A DNA stretch of 64,000 nucleotides from NCBI RefSeq assembly GCF_963921235.1, contig NC_086109.1:9548001-9612000 (forward strand), read 5' to 3'. The stretch comes from Mobula hypostoma. Lineage: Eukaryota. Position 1 is the stretch's first letter, and every line of letters begins with the position of its first letter. The position numbers were made by a program, and so were the translations under genes. Below are positions 43,709-64,000 of the stretch, piece by piece. A model generated the notes under the pieces. It searched no databases, was not told the DNA's origin, and saw only the letters and a program-made list of their open reading frames with translations.

Positions 43709-45451
43709 AGTCATCATGGACTGACCTTCACTACTGAGCAGATGTGAAGGGCTCTGTGGAAACTCAGACATAACAAAGAATTACTACTGGATGGTGTGAA
43801 CCCCAAGCTCCAGAAGGAGTGCGCTGAGCAGCTGTGTGGAGTTCTCCAGTGAATTTTCAATCTGGCTAACATCATATTTGGTCTCAGTGCCCGAGAAGGG
43901 CTGACCAAATAATCTTGAATAACTGCCATCCTGTGGCCCTGACCTCACACATCATGAAGTCCCTTGAGAGGCTGTTGCTGGCTTACCTTTGACCCCTGGT
44001 CAGATCAGACCTCGATCTCCTGCAGTTTACCTACCAGGAGCACATTGCAGTTGACGATGGTGTCATTTACCCGCTGAACAGAGCCTACTCCCATTTTGAT
44101 AAACAAGGCAGTACTGTGAGGATCATGTTTTTTGATTTCTCAAGTGCCATCAATACCATACAACGCTCCTTGCTGGGGGAGAATCTCTGTTCAAAGCAGG
44201 TTAGCACTTCCATTGGATCCTGGATAATGGCTGACCTGACTGGCAGACCACAGTTTGTGCAGCTTCAGAGCTGTGTGTCAGACGTGGCTAAAAGCTGCAC
44301 TGGGACTCCACAGGGGATGGTATTGGCTCCCTTCATCTGTACTCTGTATACCTCAGACTTTAGGTACAACTCTGAGTCATGTCATCTGCAGAAATCTCCG
44401 ATGACTCAGCAATAGTTGGGTTTTTAAAGGGAGGATGGGAGGATGAATACAGGGCCCTGATGGAGGACATTGTCAAACAGTGCAAACGGAATCATTTGCA
44501 GCTCAACATCAGTAAGACAAAGGAGATGGAGATGGACTTTAGGAAGACTAAGCCAGCCCCTCTGTCTGTTACAATTGATGGTGAGAATGTGGGTGTGGTG
44601 GGGACCTACAAGTACCCAGGTTTGCACGTGGATTACAGACTTGAAAGGAGCACCCAGACAGAGGCTGTGTACAAGAAGGACCAGAGTCACCTCTGCTTCC
44701 TGAGAAGATCGCGGTCCTTTGGAGAACGGAGGCCTCTGCTGCACATATTTTACCCGTCTGCTGCCTCCAGTAGAATATTCTGTGCAGTGGTGTGCTGGGG
44801 CAATGGCATCCGACCAGGTGATGCAAACTTGCTGATTTGATTAGAAAGGCTGGCTCTGTCATAGGTGTCAAACTGGACACACTGGAGGCTGTGGTAGAAC
44901 AAGGAACCCTTCGGAAAATCCTGGCAATTCTGGATAATGTTTCCCACCTTCTGCATCCCACCTTGGCGGATCGAAGGAACACTTTCAGTAATAGACTAAG
45001 ACAACTGCACTGCTCCAAAGAGTGCGACATGAGGTCATTCTTAACCTTGGTCAATAGCCAACCTATAGCCAGGGAAGTGATGACCCCTCGTGTTCGACTG
45101 CTATTTACCTCTGATTACTAGAGCTCTGCTTTCAATCTGTTTAGCTCTGTTTACCACTCCTGCTATCGTGCAATACTGTGCAATACCACCACCAGTTCTT
45201 ATCTTGATGGTGTGAAGATGCACCCATTACTTTATAATATTACAGCAATTCTTGCACTACCATCTTATCAGTGTGAACTTGGAAATCTTGAAAATCTTGT
45301 AATCTCTGATTTGTAAATCTTGTACATCTTATTTTTAAGGTCACTTTTTTTTATTCTTTCTTACTTCTCTTCTCATATTTGTAAATCTGTACACTTATAA
45401 TGCTACTGTGACACTGTAATTTCCTTTGGTATCATAAAGTGTCTATCCATG
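43709..45451 (+). mobile_element. Decayed Rex1/Babar-type LINE, unit 3 copy
   Basis: Same ORF fragments as 1490-3232. Confidence 0.8.
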
Positions 45452-47625
45452 TAAAGTTATTAATACCTGCAATGCACATTCTCTGTAACTGTTACACTAT
45501 AATCTGTATTCTGCTATTGCCTTTCCCTTGTACAACCTCCATGTAAGACCATAAGATATAGAAGCAGAATTAGGCCACTCAGCCCATTGAGTCTGTCCCA
45601 CTGTTCCATCATGGCTGATCCCGGATCCCACTCAACCCCATACAACTGCCCTTTCGCCATTTTCTTTGACGCCCTGAGAGATCAGAAAACTACCAACATC
45701 CGCCTCAGATATACCTTTGGAGATGGCCTCCACCACAGTCTGTAGCAGAGCATTCCACCGATTCACAACTCTCTGGCTAAAGAAAATCTTCCTTTAATTC
45801 TGTTCTAAAAGTTTGGCCCTCAATTTTGAGGCTGAGCTCTCTAGTTTGGATATCTCGACCAGTGGAAACATCCTCTCCACATCCACCCTATCTAGACTTT
45901 TCAACATTTGGTCGGTTTCAATCAGATCCGCACACATGCTTCTAAATTCCAGTGAGTACAGGCCCAAAGCTGCCAAATGCCCCTCATATGTTAACCCCTT
46001 CACTCTCAGAATCATCCTCTGGACTCTCTGCAATGACAACACATCCTTTCTGAGATATGAGGCTCAAAACTGTTGACAATACTCCAAGTGCACCTGACTA
46101 GTGCCTTTTAAAGCCTAACATTATCTCCTTGCTGTTATATTCTATTCCCCTTGAAATTTTTATCATCAATCTCCAGGTACCAAAAAACCTGATTCTTAAC
46201 AATAGACTCCAACACTTTTCCAAACATTGAAGTTAGGCTAACCGGCCTATAATTTCCTTTCTTTCGCTTTCCTCCCTTCTTAAAGAGTGGTGTGACGTTT
46301 ACTATCTTCCAGTCCTCCAGGACCATGCCAGAGTTAAGGGATTCTTGAAGGATCACGCCAAGAGCATCCATTATTTGTTCAGCAATGTCTCTTAGGACTC
46401 TGGGATGTAGTTGATTTGGTCCAGTGACTTAAGCACCTTAAGACCTTTGTGTCACTCACTCCTGCTGCCTGACACTCACAGACCTCGAGCACTCTAGGAT
46501 TTTAAAAGCTTCCCAATCATCCAATTTCCCACTCACTTTTGCTACCTTATATGCCCTTTCCTTGGCATTCATGCAGACCTTAACTTCCCTTGTCATCCAC
46601 GGTTGGCTAGCCCTGCTATTTGAGAACTACTTCTTCTATGGGACATATCTATCCTGTGCCTTGTGAATTATTCTCAGAAACTTCAGCTGCCTCTGCTCTA
46701 TCATCATCCCCGCCAGTATCTTCTGTCACGTGACCGGCAACAATGAATCTTCCTTTGATCCACCGGGGTAAGCTCCTCTCTCTTGCCTCTGTAATTTTCT
46801 TTATTCCATCGCTATACTGTTAGGTAGATAGATAGATAGATAGACATACTTTATTGATCCCGAGGGAAATTGATTTTCGTTACAGTTGCACCAACCAAGA
46901 ATAGAGTATAAATGTAGCAATATAAAAACGATAAATAATTAAATAATAATATGTAAATTATGCCAGATGGAAATAAGTCCAGGACCAGCCTATTGGCTCA
47001 GGGTGTCTGACTCTCCAAGGGAGGAGTTGTAAAGTTTGATGTCCGCAGGCAGGAATGTCTTCCTATGATGCTCTGTGTTGCATCTTGGTGGAATGAGTCT
47101 CTGGCTGAATATACTCCTGTGCCCAATCAGTACATTATGTAGTGGATAGAAGACATTGACCAAGATGACATGCAACTTAGACAGCATCTTCTTTTCAGAC
47201 ACCACCGTGAGAGAGTCCAGTTCCATCCCCACAACATCACTGGCCTTACAAATGAGTTTTGATTCTGTAACAGGCTCCACGCACGACCGGCATTACCAGT
47301 GATTTATGCTTCTCCCTTTCAGTTTGCAGTATGAATTCAATCATATTATGATCACTGTCTCCTAACGGTTCCTTTAACATTAAGCTCCCTAATGAGATCT
47401 GGGTCATGACACAACACCCAAAAGCCTTTCCCCAAGTAGGCTCAAGCACAAGATGCTCTGAAAAGCCATCTCATCGGCATTCAACAAATTCCCTCTCTTT
47501 TTCCTGGGGAAAAACCTGATTTTCCCAATCCACTTGCATATTGAGGTCCCCCAATACCACTGCATCATTATCCTTTTCACGTGCCTTTTCCAACACTCTT
47601 TACAAACTCAACCCCATATATTGGC

Positions 47626-47844
47626 AACATACATCAAAGTTGCTGGTGAACGCAGCAGGCCAAGCAGCATCTATAGGAAGAGGCGCAGTCGACGTTTCAG
47701 GCCGAGACCAGTCCTGACGAAGGGTCTCGGCCTGAAACGTCGACTGCGCCTCTTCCTATAGATGCTGCTTGGCCTGCTGCGTTCACCAGCAACTTTGATG
47801 TATGTTGCTTGAATTTCCAGCATCTGCAGAATTCCTGTTGTTTA
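47626..47844 (+). mobile_element. Young Penelope-like terminal-repeat insertion (inverted pLTR hairpin plus 36-nt tail), unit 3 only
   Basis: Absent from units 1 and 2. 13-bp TSD cccatatattggc at 47613-47625 and 47845-47857. Perfect inverted arms 47624-47709 and 47723-47808. Homologous to the terminus of the GIY-YIG-bearing remnant at 18130-18870. Confidence 0.85.
47709..47746 (+). ncRNA. Minimal type-I hammerhead ribozyme motif
   Basis: Stem I CAGTC(47709-13)/GACTG(47742-46); CTGACGA core 47714-20; stem II AGG/CCT; GAAA 47734-37; palindromic ACGT in place of stem III; GTC cleavage triplet ending at 47741. Confidence 0.75.
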
Positions 47845-47953
47845 CCCATATATTGGCTATTATTAGGAGGCCTATAAGATTCTCAGAATATTTTTTTCAC
47901 CTTTGCTGTTTCTTAACTCCACCGACAAAGATTGAATGTTCTCAGACCCTACG

Positions 47954-48023
47954 TCATCTCCATCTACAGATGTAATTTCATCTCTAACTCATCTCCATCT
48001 ACAGATGTAATTTCATCTCTAAC
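47954..48023. repeat. 35-bp direct tandem duplication, unit 3 only
   Basis: tcatctccatctacagatgtaatttcatctctaac twice (47954-47988, 47989-48023); single copy in units 1 and 2. Confidence 0.95.
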
Positions 48024-51000
48024 TAATATAGCCAGACCACCGCCTGTACCTTCTTGCCTGTCCTTACTTTACTGAGTATATCCATTGATGTTAAACTGAC
48101 AACTATGGTCTTCCAACAACGACTCAGTGATGCCCACAATGTCACACCAACCAACCTCTAATTGTTCCACGAGTTCACCCACCTTATTCCGGATGCTACG
48201 CGGATTTAAATATCGCAGCTTCAGTCCGGCACCCTTCGCCCTGATGAATTTTGACTCTGTGGTCCAGTTGAGTTCTTTGCTCTGTCTGCATTTGTACCCC
48301 ATCATTGGCTTGTCCTTCATTACATTCATGTTACACCCATCATCTACTTGTAAACCTGCTGGCTCACCCTCAGCTCCATCATCCTGATTCCCATCATATG
48401 TACTGATGTGATGAATTGATCTGTACGGGTGACATGAAAAACAAGGTGTATCATTGCACCGCAAGTGGTTCTTGTTCATCGTGGCCAACAGTGATAGATA
48501 CCTGTGTGGGAGAGTTTTTAAAGTGGAAAATCTATCGCACTGGGTCAGTTCCACTTTCTAGACATCAGCAGTCCAGGCCCAGTGGTAGAAACAAGCGTCA
48601 CAAGCTGGGGAATTCCTTGTTTGCAGTGGACAACCAGGACAACTTCCATGCCTTTTCATGCGGTTCGCTCTCCTCGGAGCGATGCAGAGCCACCTTCCTA
48701 GTTGTTGGATCTCACTGCAGATCTCAGTCTACCAGAGCAGACTTTGCATGCTAGGACAGGCCTGGTACCCCCACCTGGTGAAGCGCTGTATTGGGTATGG
48801 CTGCTGTCACATACAAACAAATGGAAATAAATAATACAAATGTGGTGAGGTGGTGTTCATAAGTTCAATGTCAATTTAGAAACTGGATGGCAAGCTGTTT
48901 CCGAATTGCTGAGTGTGTGCCTTCAGGCTTCTGTCCCTCCTCCTGACGGTCACAATGAGAAGGGGGCATGGCCTGTGTGGTGGGGGTCCTCAATGATGGA
49001 CACAGCCTTTGAGGCTCGGCTCCTGCAAGACGTCTCAGATACTACGGTGGCGAGTAGTCATGATTGTGCTGACTATCTACAATTGACTTCAGAATTGAAA
49101 TGGAACCGAGGGCATTCTTGCCGGCAAATATTTTGTTTTGATGAAGGGTCTTGGCCCTAAACATCGATTGTACTCTTTTCCATAAATGCTGCCTGGCCTG
49201 TGAGATCGTCGAGTAATTTGCATACGTTGCTTGGATTTCCAGAATTTGAAGATTTTCAGTTGAATTTGTTTTCACTGTTGTCTTAGATCAGCAGTGAGAG
49301 CAAAGCGAAACACAAGAGGTTAATTTTATCAATAGAAGTCATGTTTAATTGCTCACCTTATCAATTAATAGTCAATAATAGGCACTTATTACTGATTCTC
49401 TTTTCTTGACAGAGCATTTTTAATATGTTTCCAAATCTGATTATTATCCATTTGATTGAACAATTCCCCAGATATGAATACCCTTGAAACTATTATAAAA
49501 AAGCTTGAAATTATTTGTCCTGTTCCATGTTTCATCCTGTACTTCTGAAGGTCTTGGTTAATTTCACTGAGTTTTTGAAGAGACGGATCAGTTTTAAATG
49601 TCCCAAAGACAGTACATGGAAACATTGAAACATACTGTGAAATGCATTGTTTGTGTCAGTGACCAACACAGTCCGAATACTTTACTTCTCCATTCTGAGT
49701 TTTGGTCTGAAGAACAGCTGAACCTCTTGACCATGTCTGCATGCTTTTATGCATTGAGTGGCAGCTACATGATTGGCATTAATGAGCATGTGCATGGGTG
49801 TAGCTGATAAAAAGGCCTCTGAGAGTATGAGAGGGATAGATAGCTGGCGAGTGTGTCGTCACTCACCGCTCCAATCTGCCAATTAAATTTGCTGACGATA
49901 CTGCACTGATTGGCCTAATCTCAAATAATAATGAGGCTTCCTACAGAGAAGAAATCATCACCCTGACACAATCATGTCAAGAAGACAACCTCTCGCTCAA
50001 TCTCACAAAAAGGAAGGAGCTGGTTATGGACTACAGGAGGTATGGAGACAGTCTAGTCGCTATTGACATCAATGGATCTGGAGTTGAGAGGGTGAACAGA
50101 TTTAAGGTCCTCGACATACACATCTCCAAGGATCTCACATGGTCTGTACATACCGGCTGTGTGGTGAAAAAGACACAACAGTGCCTCTTTCAGTTGAAGA
50201 AATTTGGTATGGGCCTCCAAATCCAAAGAACTTTCTCCAGGGGCACAATTGAGAGCATCTTGATTGGCTGCATCCCTGCCTGGTATGGGAACTGTACTTC
50301 CTTCAATCGCAGGACTCTGCAGAGAGTGGTGTGGACAGCCCAGCGCATCTGTAGATGGGAACTTCCCACTATTCAGGACAGGTATGTATGAAGGGCCCAA
50401 AGAGTCATTGGGGACCTGAGTCGCTCTAACCACAAACTGTTCCAGCTGCTACCATCCGGGAAGCGGTACCGCAGCGTAAAAGCCAGGACCAACAGGCTCT
50501 GGGACGGCTTCTTCCATGCTGATACAACTGTATTTCCATGATATATTTGTTGTCCATACTATTTATTATAAATTTATATAAATTGCTTATTGCACATTTA
50601 GACAGAGACCTACTGTAAAGATTTTTACTCCTCATGTATATGAAGGATGTGCGTAATAAAGTCAATTCAATTCCCAGTGTTGAATTATCTAATTCCAGAG
50701 GTCATGCAGTTCAGTTGAGAGAGCGTAAGTTTATAGCAGATGCGTGGGGCAAGTTTTTTACATGGAGAGTGTTAGATGCTTGGAATGAGCCCCAAGGGAA
50801 CATTGAAGGCTGAAGAGAATGTTCCTGTGCTTTGCCATTCATGGGTTTATAGACTGTTCAGACATCTGATGGTGAAGAGGAAGAAGGTGTTCTTAAATTG
50901 TTAAGAGTGAGTTTTTAAGAGGTTAGGATAGGTATATGGATGTGTGGGTTCCGGAGGGCATTGATGTGGGTGCAGGAGCTGGAATCAGACAGAAGACTAG

Positions 51001-53877
51001 ACTGGCATGGGCTGGATTGGATGAAGGGCCTGTTTCTGTGCTGTGGTGTCTGTGACAATCGGACTCAAGACAAGTGTGTATGACAGTCGGACTCATGTCT
51101 GTTCGTACTGCAGTGCCCATGACAGTCGGACTCATAACTCCTCGTACTGAGGTGTTGTTGACAATCAGACTCAAGACTGTTCGTACTGTAGTGTCAAGGA
51201 CAATCAGACTCATGACTCCTCGTAGAGTACTATCGATGACATCGGACTCATGGCTCTTCACACTATAGTGTCGATGACAATCAGACTCATGACTGTAGTG
51301 TGGTGTCAATGACAATCGGACTTATGACTTTTCCTACCGTAGTATAGATAGATAGATAGATAGATAGATATACTTTATTGATGCTGAGGGAAATTGGATT
51401 TCGTTACAGCCGCACCAACCAAGAATAGAGCATAAATATAGCAATACAAAAACCACAAACAATCAAACAACAAAATGCAAACTATGCCAGATGGAAATTA
51501 AGTCCAGGACCAGTCTATTGGCTCAGTGTGTCTGACCCTCCACAGGAGGAGCTGCAAGTTCGATGGCCACAGGCAGGAACACAGGCCCAGTGTTGTATCT
51601 CGGTGGAATGTGGCCGAAGTCCAACAGTAAAAAGTTCAGTATCCATAGTATCGATGACAGTTAGACTCATGACTGTGGATAGATTATGAAACCATATATT
51701 TCACTTCTTTTATGTTTGTTTTTTGTCTTGAATGTGATTCTGAGACTGTTTGAGCCTGTGATTTCCATTTTGGAAATCGTCAGGGTGTTTTCATGCTCTG
51801 TAGTCTCTGAGAGGATCGTGGCGGGAAGACTGCAGCATGGGCCTCAAGCCGATGTTCGGCTCCATTTTGTGGATTAAAGCTTCCATTGTTCACTGATTAA
51901 AATAAGGAGAGAGGGTGAAATATCGATTGAAAACGGAAGGTGAACACCCACTGCCAGGCTTTTGATCGCTGGTGGGATTGTCCGCTGTCAGAGAAGGGAT
52001 GCTGCCTTTTGAACACTGGTGGGATCACTCTGCTATCAGAGAGGGAAAGAACAGCCGCTGGTTTACCCAGGTTTTCTGCATTTTGGATTTGGACTTGGAC
52101 TATAGATTGTTGGTCAGTCTTACAGTATTTTATATTCTGTGTTTTTTGCCTGATGTTTCTCATTCTTTGTGTGTGGAGAGGGAGATTTGGAGGTTGATGT
52201 GACTGGTCCATTTTTGTCCATTTCTGCGTGGGGGGAGTAGGTATTTAGGGGTTGATGATCCTGCTACCGTTCTTTTTGTTTCGTTGTTGGTTCGTGAGAC
52301 TGGACAGGTTGTGTCTGTTTTCCCTGGAGTGAAGGAGGCTGAGAGGTGACCTTCTCAAGGTTTATAAAATCACGAGCTGAGTACATAAAGTGAAGGTCAC
52401 AGTCTTTTTCATGGTCTAAAAATAAAAGGTAAAGGTTTAAGGTGAGATGGGAAAGATTTAAAGGGCACCTGAGGGGCAATATTTTCCCCCATGGAGTGTG
52501 GTGGGTACATGGAATGAGCTGCCAGAAGTAGTGGTGGAGGGAGGGACAATTAGACAAGTACAGCAATAGGATGGGTTTGGAGTCAGAGTTACAGAACACT
52601 ACAACAGGTTTCAATAAGTGCATTTAATGTCAGAGAAATGTATTCGATACATTGATCCTGAAATTTATTTTCTTTGCAGACATCCACAAAAGCAGAGGAG
52701 TGCCCCAAGGAATGATTGACAGTTAAAACTTAGAGCCCCAAAGCTCCCCCCGCAACTCCCCCTCCCCTGCACAAGCAGCAACAAGGCAACATCCAGCCTC
52801 CCACCCCCACCAGCAAAAATGCATCAACACCGCCCACCGAGCACTCAAGCATGCAGCAAAGCATCAATAAAGACACAGACTTGCAGTACCCCAAAGACTA
52901 CTCGTTCACCCGATAATTTGACATACCACAGGCTCTCACTCTTCTTAATAAGGGAAAAAGGGGTGTCCCATTTCACAGTGAGACAGGAGACATAACAAAC
53001 AACTCACTGCTTTACGATGTTAACAGTCTGTTGCTTCGCTTTTTCTGAGCTCTGCGCCCGGAGATTTGGCAGCAAAAAGCTGTAGCTCCCTGAGCACACA
53101 ACCCCTGGTAGCCATCCCGCTGCTCCCGATGTTCCGCGTTCTCCCGCGATGCTTCAATTTATGGCACCGGCCTGGAATCAGCATGTCTCCAGAGCCATGA
53201 AATGCCCGGAACCCTGTAAGCACGCTCGTCTTCCAGGCCGTGTCCTTGGGGATATTAATAAGCGGCTGTTTGTGAGGCCCTTAGAGCGGGTTCCATTCCC
53301 GCAAGGTCAGACACAGGTACTTCTGCACATCTAGGCCAGGCTGAACTGCTCGTGTCATCGACTCTCACCTGGACCATGATCCTCCTCATCCATGTACTTA
53401 TCCAAACTTCTCTTAAATGTTGCAATCAAACTCGAGTTCACCACTTCGATTGACAGCCCATTCCACAGTCTCACCACCCTCGGAGTCATGGTGGTCTCTT
53501 CTCAAATTTTTCTTAAATATTTCATCTTTCACCCTTAACCTATGACCTGTACCTCTTGTCTTAACCAACCTCAACAGAAGAAGCCTGTTTCCATTGACAA
53601 TATCCACACCCATCAACATTTTGTACACATCTATCAAATTTCCTCACATTCTCCTTTGCTGCAGGGAATGAAGTCCATGTCAATGCAACCTTTCCCTCTA
53701 CCTCAGGTCCTCAAATCTCAGCAATATACTTGTAAATTTTCTCTGTCCTCTTTCAATCTTCCTGATATCTTTCCAGTAGATAGGTGACTGATGTAGAGGA
53801 GGCCTCAATGGGAAAACCAGATACAATAAATGACACTGGTGGGTTCACAAGTAAAGGGCTACCTCACCTGGAAGGAC

Positions 53878-54123
53878 TGTTTACGTCTCAGTCATTTGAT
53901 AAAACAGTTTTGAACCTAATTTCAGATTGTGTTATCTATGATAAGACTTATCTTTAATTTCACAGCACTTAAAGTACTTTGTTATCAACTTCTCAATTGA
54001 AGGGTGTCCTTAATAGAATGTATTTTATCAGAGATAAACTGATCACGAGTACCAGAATATTTACTTTTCATATGGAATGATTGTCTCTGTGTCCACGTGA
54101 CAATGATTCCTTGAGTATAAGTA
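53878..54123 (+). promoter_or_regulatory. Pepsinogen proximal promoter, copy 3
   Basis: Same motifs retained (offset +42513); the few SNPs near 53994-54009 fall between GATA sites. Confidence 0.75.
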
Positions 54124-54176
54124 TTAGGGCTCACAAGCCCAATGTCAGATTCTGAAAGGAATCCAATCGATTCAAC

Positions 54177-62782
<8,606 letters not shown>

Positions 62783-64000
62783 CTTGCCCCTGAATATTCC
62801 CATTGAAGGTCCATCCAAGTTCGTATTTGCAGGTTGACTTAAGCCATCTGATTTTTCATCTGACCCGTCAGTATCAAAGACCAGGGAGTGACTTTCAGAA
62901 TCCTGAAGGTGAAGACACCCTATTGAATGCTGGGGTTTTACTGAAAGGAAAATGCAAAAAGAGGGAGAACTGAAATAAACGCCCAGCCAGGATGGGATTT
63001 TAAAGGACCAATCTACGAATTTTGGATCTGGACTGGATATGCAAATATTGACATCATGTAATTATGCCTCTTCTCAGATTCCTCTCTTTTCCTCTCTTCT
63101 TTCCTGATTTTCCTCTTCAGCTGTGGTTTCCAGTGATTCACTCCAGAACCTTTCTCATGGAGTGAAATCTATTTGATGTAAATGTGAGCTGAACATCACA
63201 CAGCCTATTGTTCTACCCTGTGGGATATATCTATAAATAGTTCGTAACAACGTTGAATAAAATTTAATCATGAGATGCATATTACCAGAATTCCAGTACC
63301 TTTTTTCATTCATTGTGTGTGTGTGTAAAATCTTCTGGAAGTACAAACTCTGTTTAGTGGACAGAACAGAGCAAGTATTAAAAAAGTCACTGGGTGTGTC
63401 CAGGCCCCTCCCACTGCAACACACCTCCTACTCAATCCTGTCGCTGAGACCTCAAAGTATTACGTCCAAGTCCCACTGAATGCTCTCTTTTTATACAGTC
63501 CCCAGAGATAAGAAACACTGCAGTAAGTGGACCAATACACAGTGCCAGGTGAAGTCACTGAATCAGAACTAATCATCTCCTGTCACCACTCTTCAAGAAG
63601 CCCAGCCCTGAGTTTCCCAAGCTTTCATCTTGCCACTGTGGTTTTGCAGTTTCAAGGTTATTTTTCCATCATGGAAATCATAAACTCAGAAAGGAGGCCA
63701 CCCTTGTCTCCGGGTGACCGATGTCCAAGCCGCTCTTGAACATCTGATGGGTCCATTGATTACGGGGTCCTTATGTCATGGTGAGTGCTGGAAAAGACTC
63801 AACTCTGGTGTGCAGAAATGGCAGATTCACATTCAGAGACAAAAGCAAGAGGTTATAGGTAGGAATTCCATAGAACATCGGAGGCACAATCCAGCGACAC
63901 CGCAAGACAAGTCATTCTCAACACAAGGACCCCGTGTTGAATGGTATTCAGGAGACCGCTGTAAATAACCACAAAATGCGGAAAACCCGTCCCAGTCACA

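Larger units (their letters stand above)
45546..48397 (-). mobile_element. Internally deleted CR1 LINE, unit 3 copy (hosts the hairpin insertion)
   Basis: As 3327-5911 plus 267 bp. Confidence 0.85.

Noticed and set aside
47534-47761. Arg-rich 75-aa ORF unique to unit 3
   Set aside because: Chance read-through into the hairpin insertion.
47624-47808. Hairpin as a canonical pre-miRNA or DNA-transposon MITE
   Set aside because: It has a perfect stem, an asymmetric 36-nt tail and homology to a GIY-YIG retroelement terminus; no conservation evidence for a miRNA.
63610-64000. Counting a fourth gene copy
   Set aside because: Only 3' flank sequence is visible; further copies are likely but not shown in this window.

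Overview
Vertebrate genomic DNA, most likely from an elasmobranch (HE1-like tRNA-SINE and CR1/Rex1-Babar/Penelope debris; inferred, not proven). The whole window is a head-to-tail tandem array with a ~21.1-21.4 kb period: unit 1 = 1-21096, unit 2 = 21097-42219, unit 3 = 42220-63609, and the periodicity runs off both edges. Each unit carries one intact nine-exon pepsinogen A-like aspartic protease gene on the + strand (11664-20269, 32787-41392, 54177-62782). Each gene has 1161 coding nt (386 aa), both catalytic DTG motifs, all GT-AG introns, a GATA-dense TATA promoter and polyA signals. By eye the three proteins are identical, with one synonymous SNP. The rest of each unit is nested, decayed retroelements. 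Unit 3 alone has a very young 219-bp insertion with a 13-bp target-site duplication. It is a perfect 86-bp inverted repeat that contains a minimal type-I hammerhead ribozyme motif of the Penelope-like-element kind. All comparisons were made by eye, and statements about homologues come from memory of the families, not from database searches.
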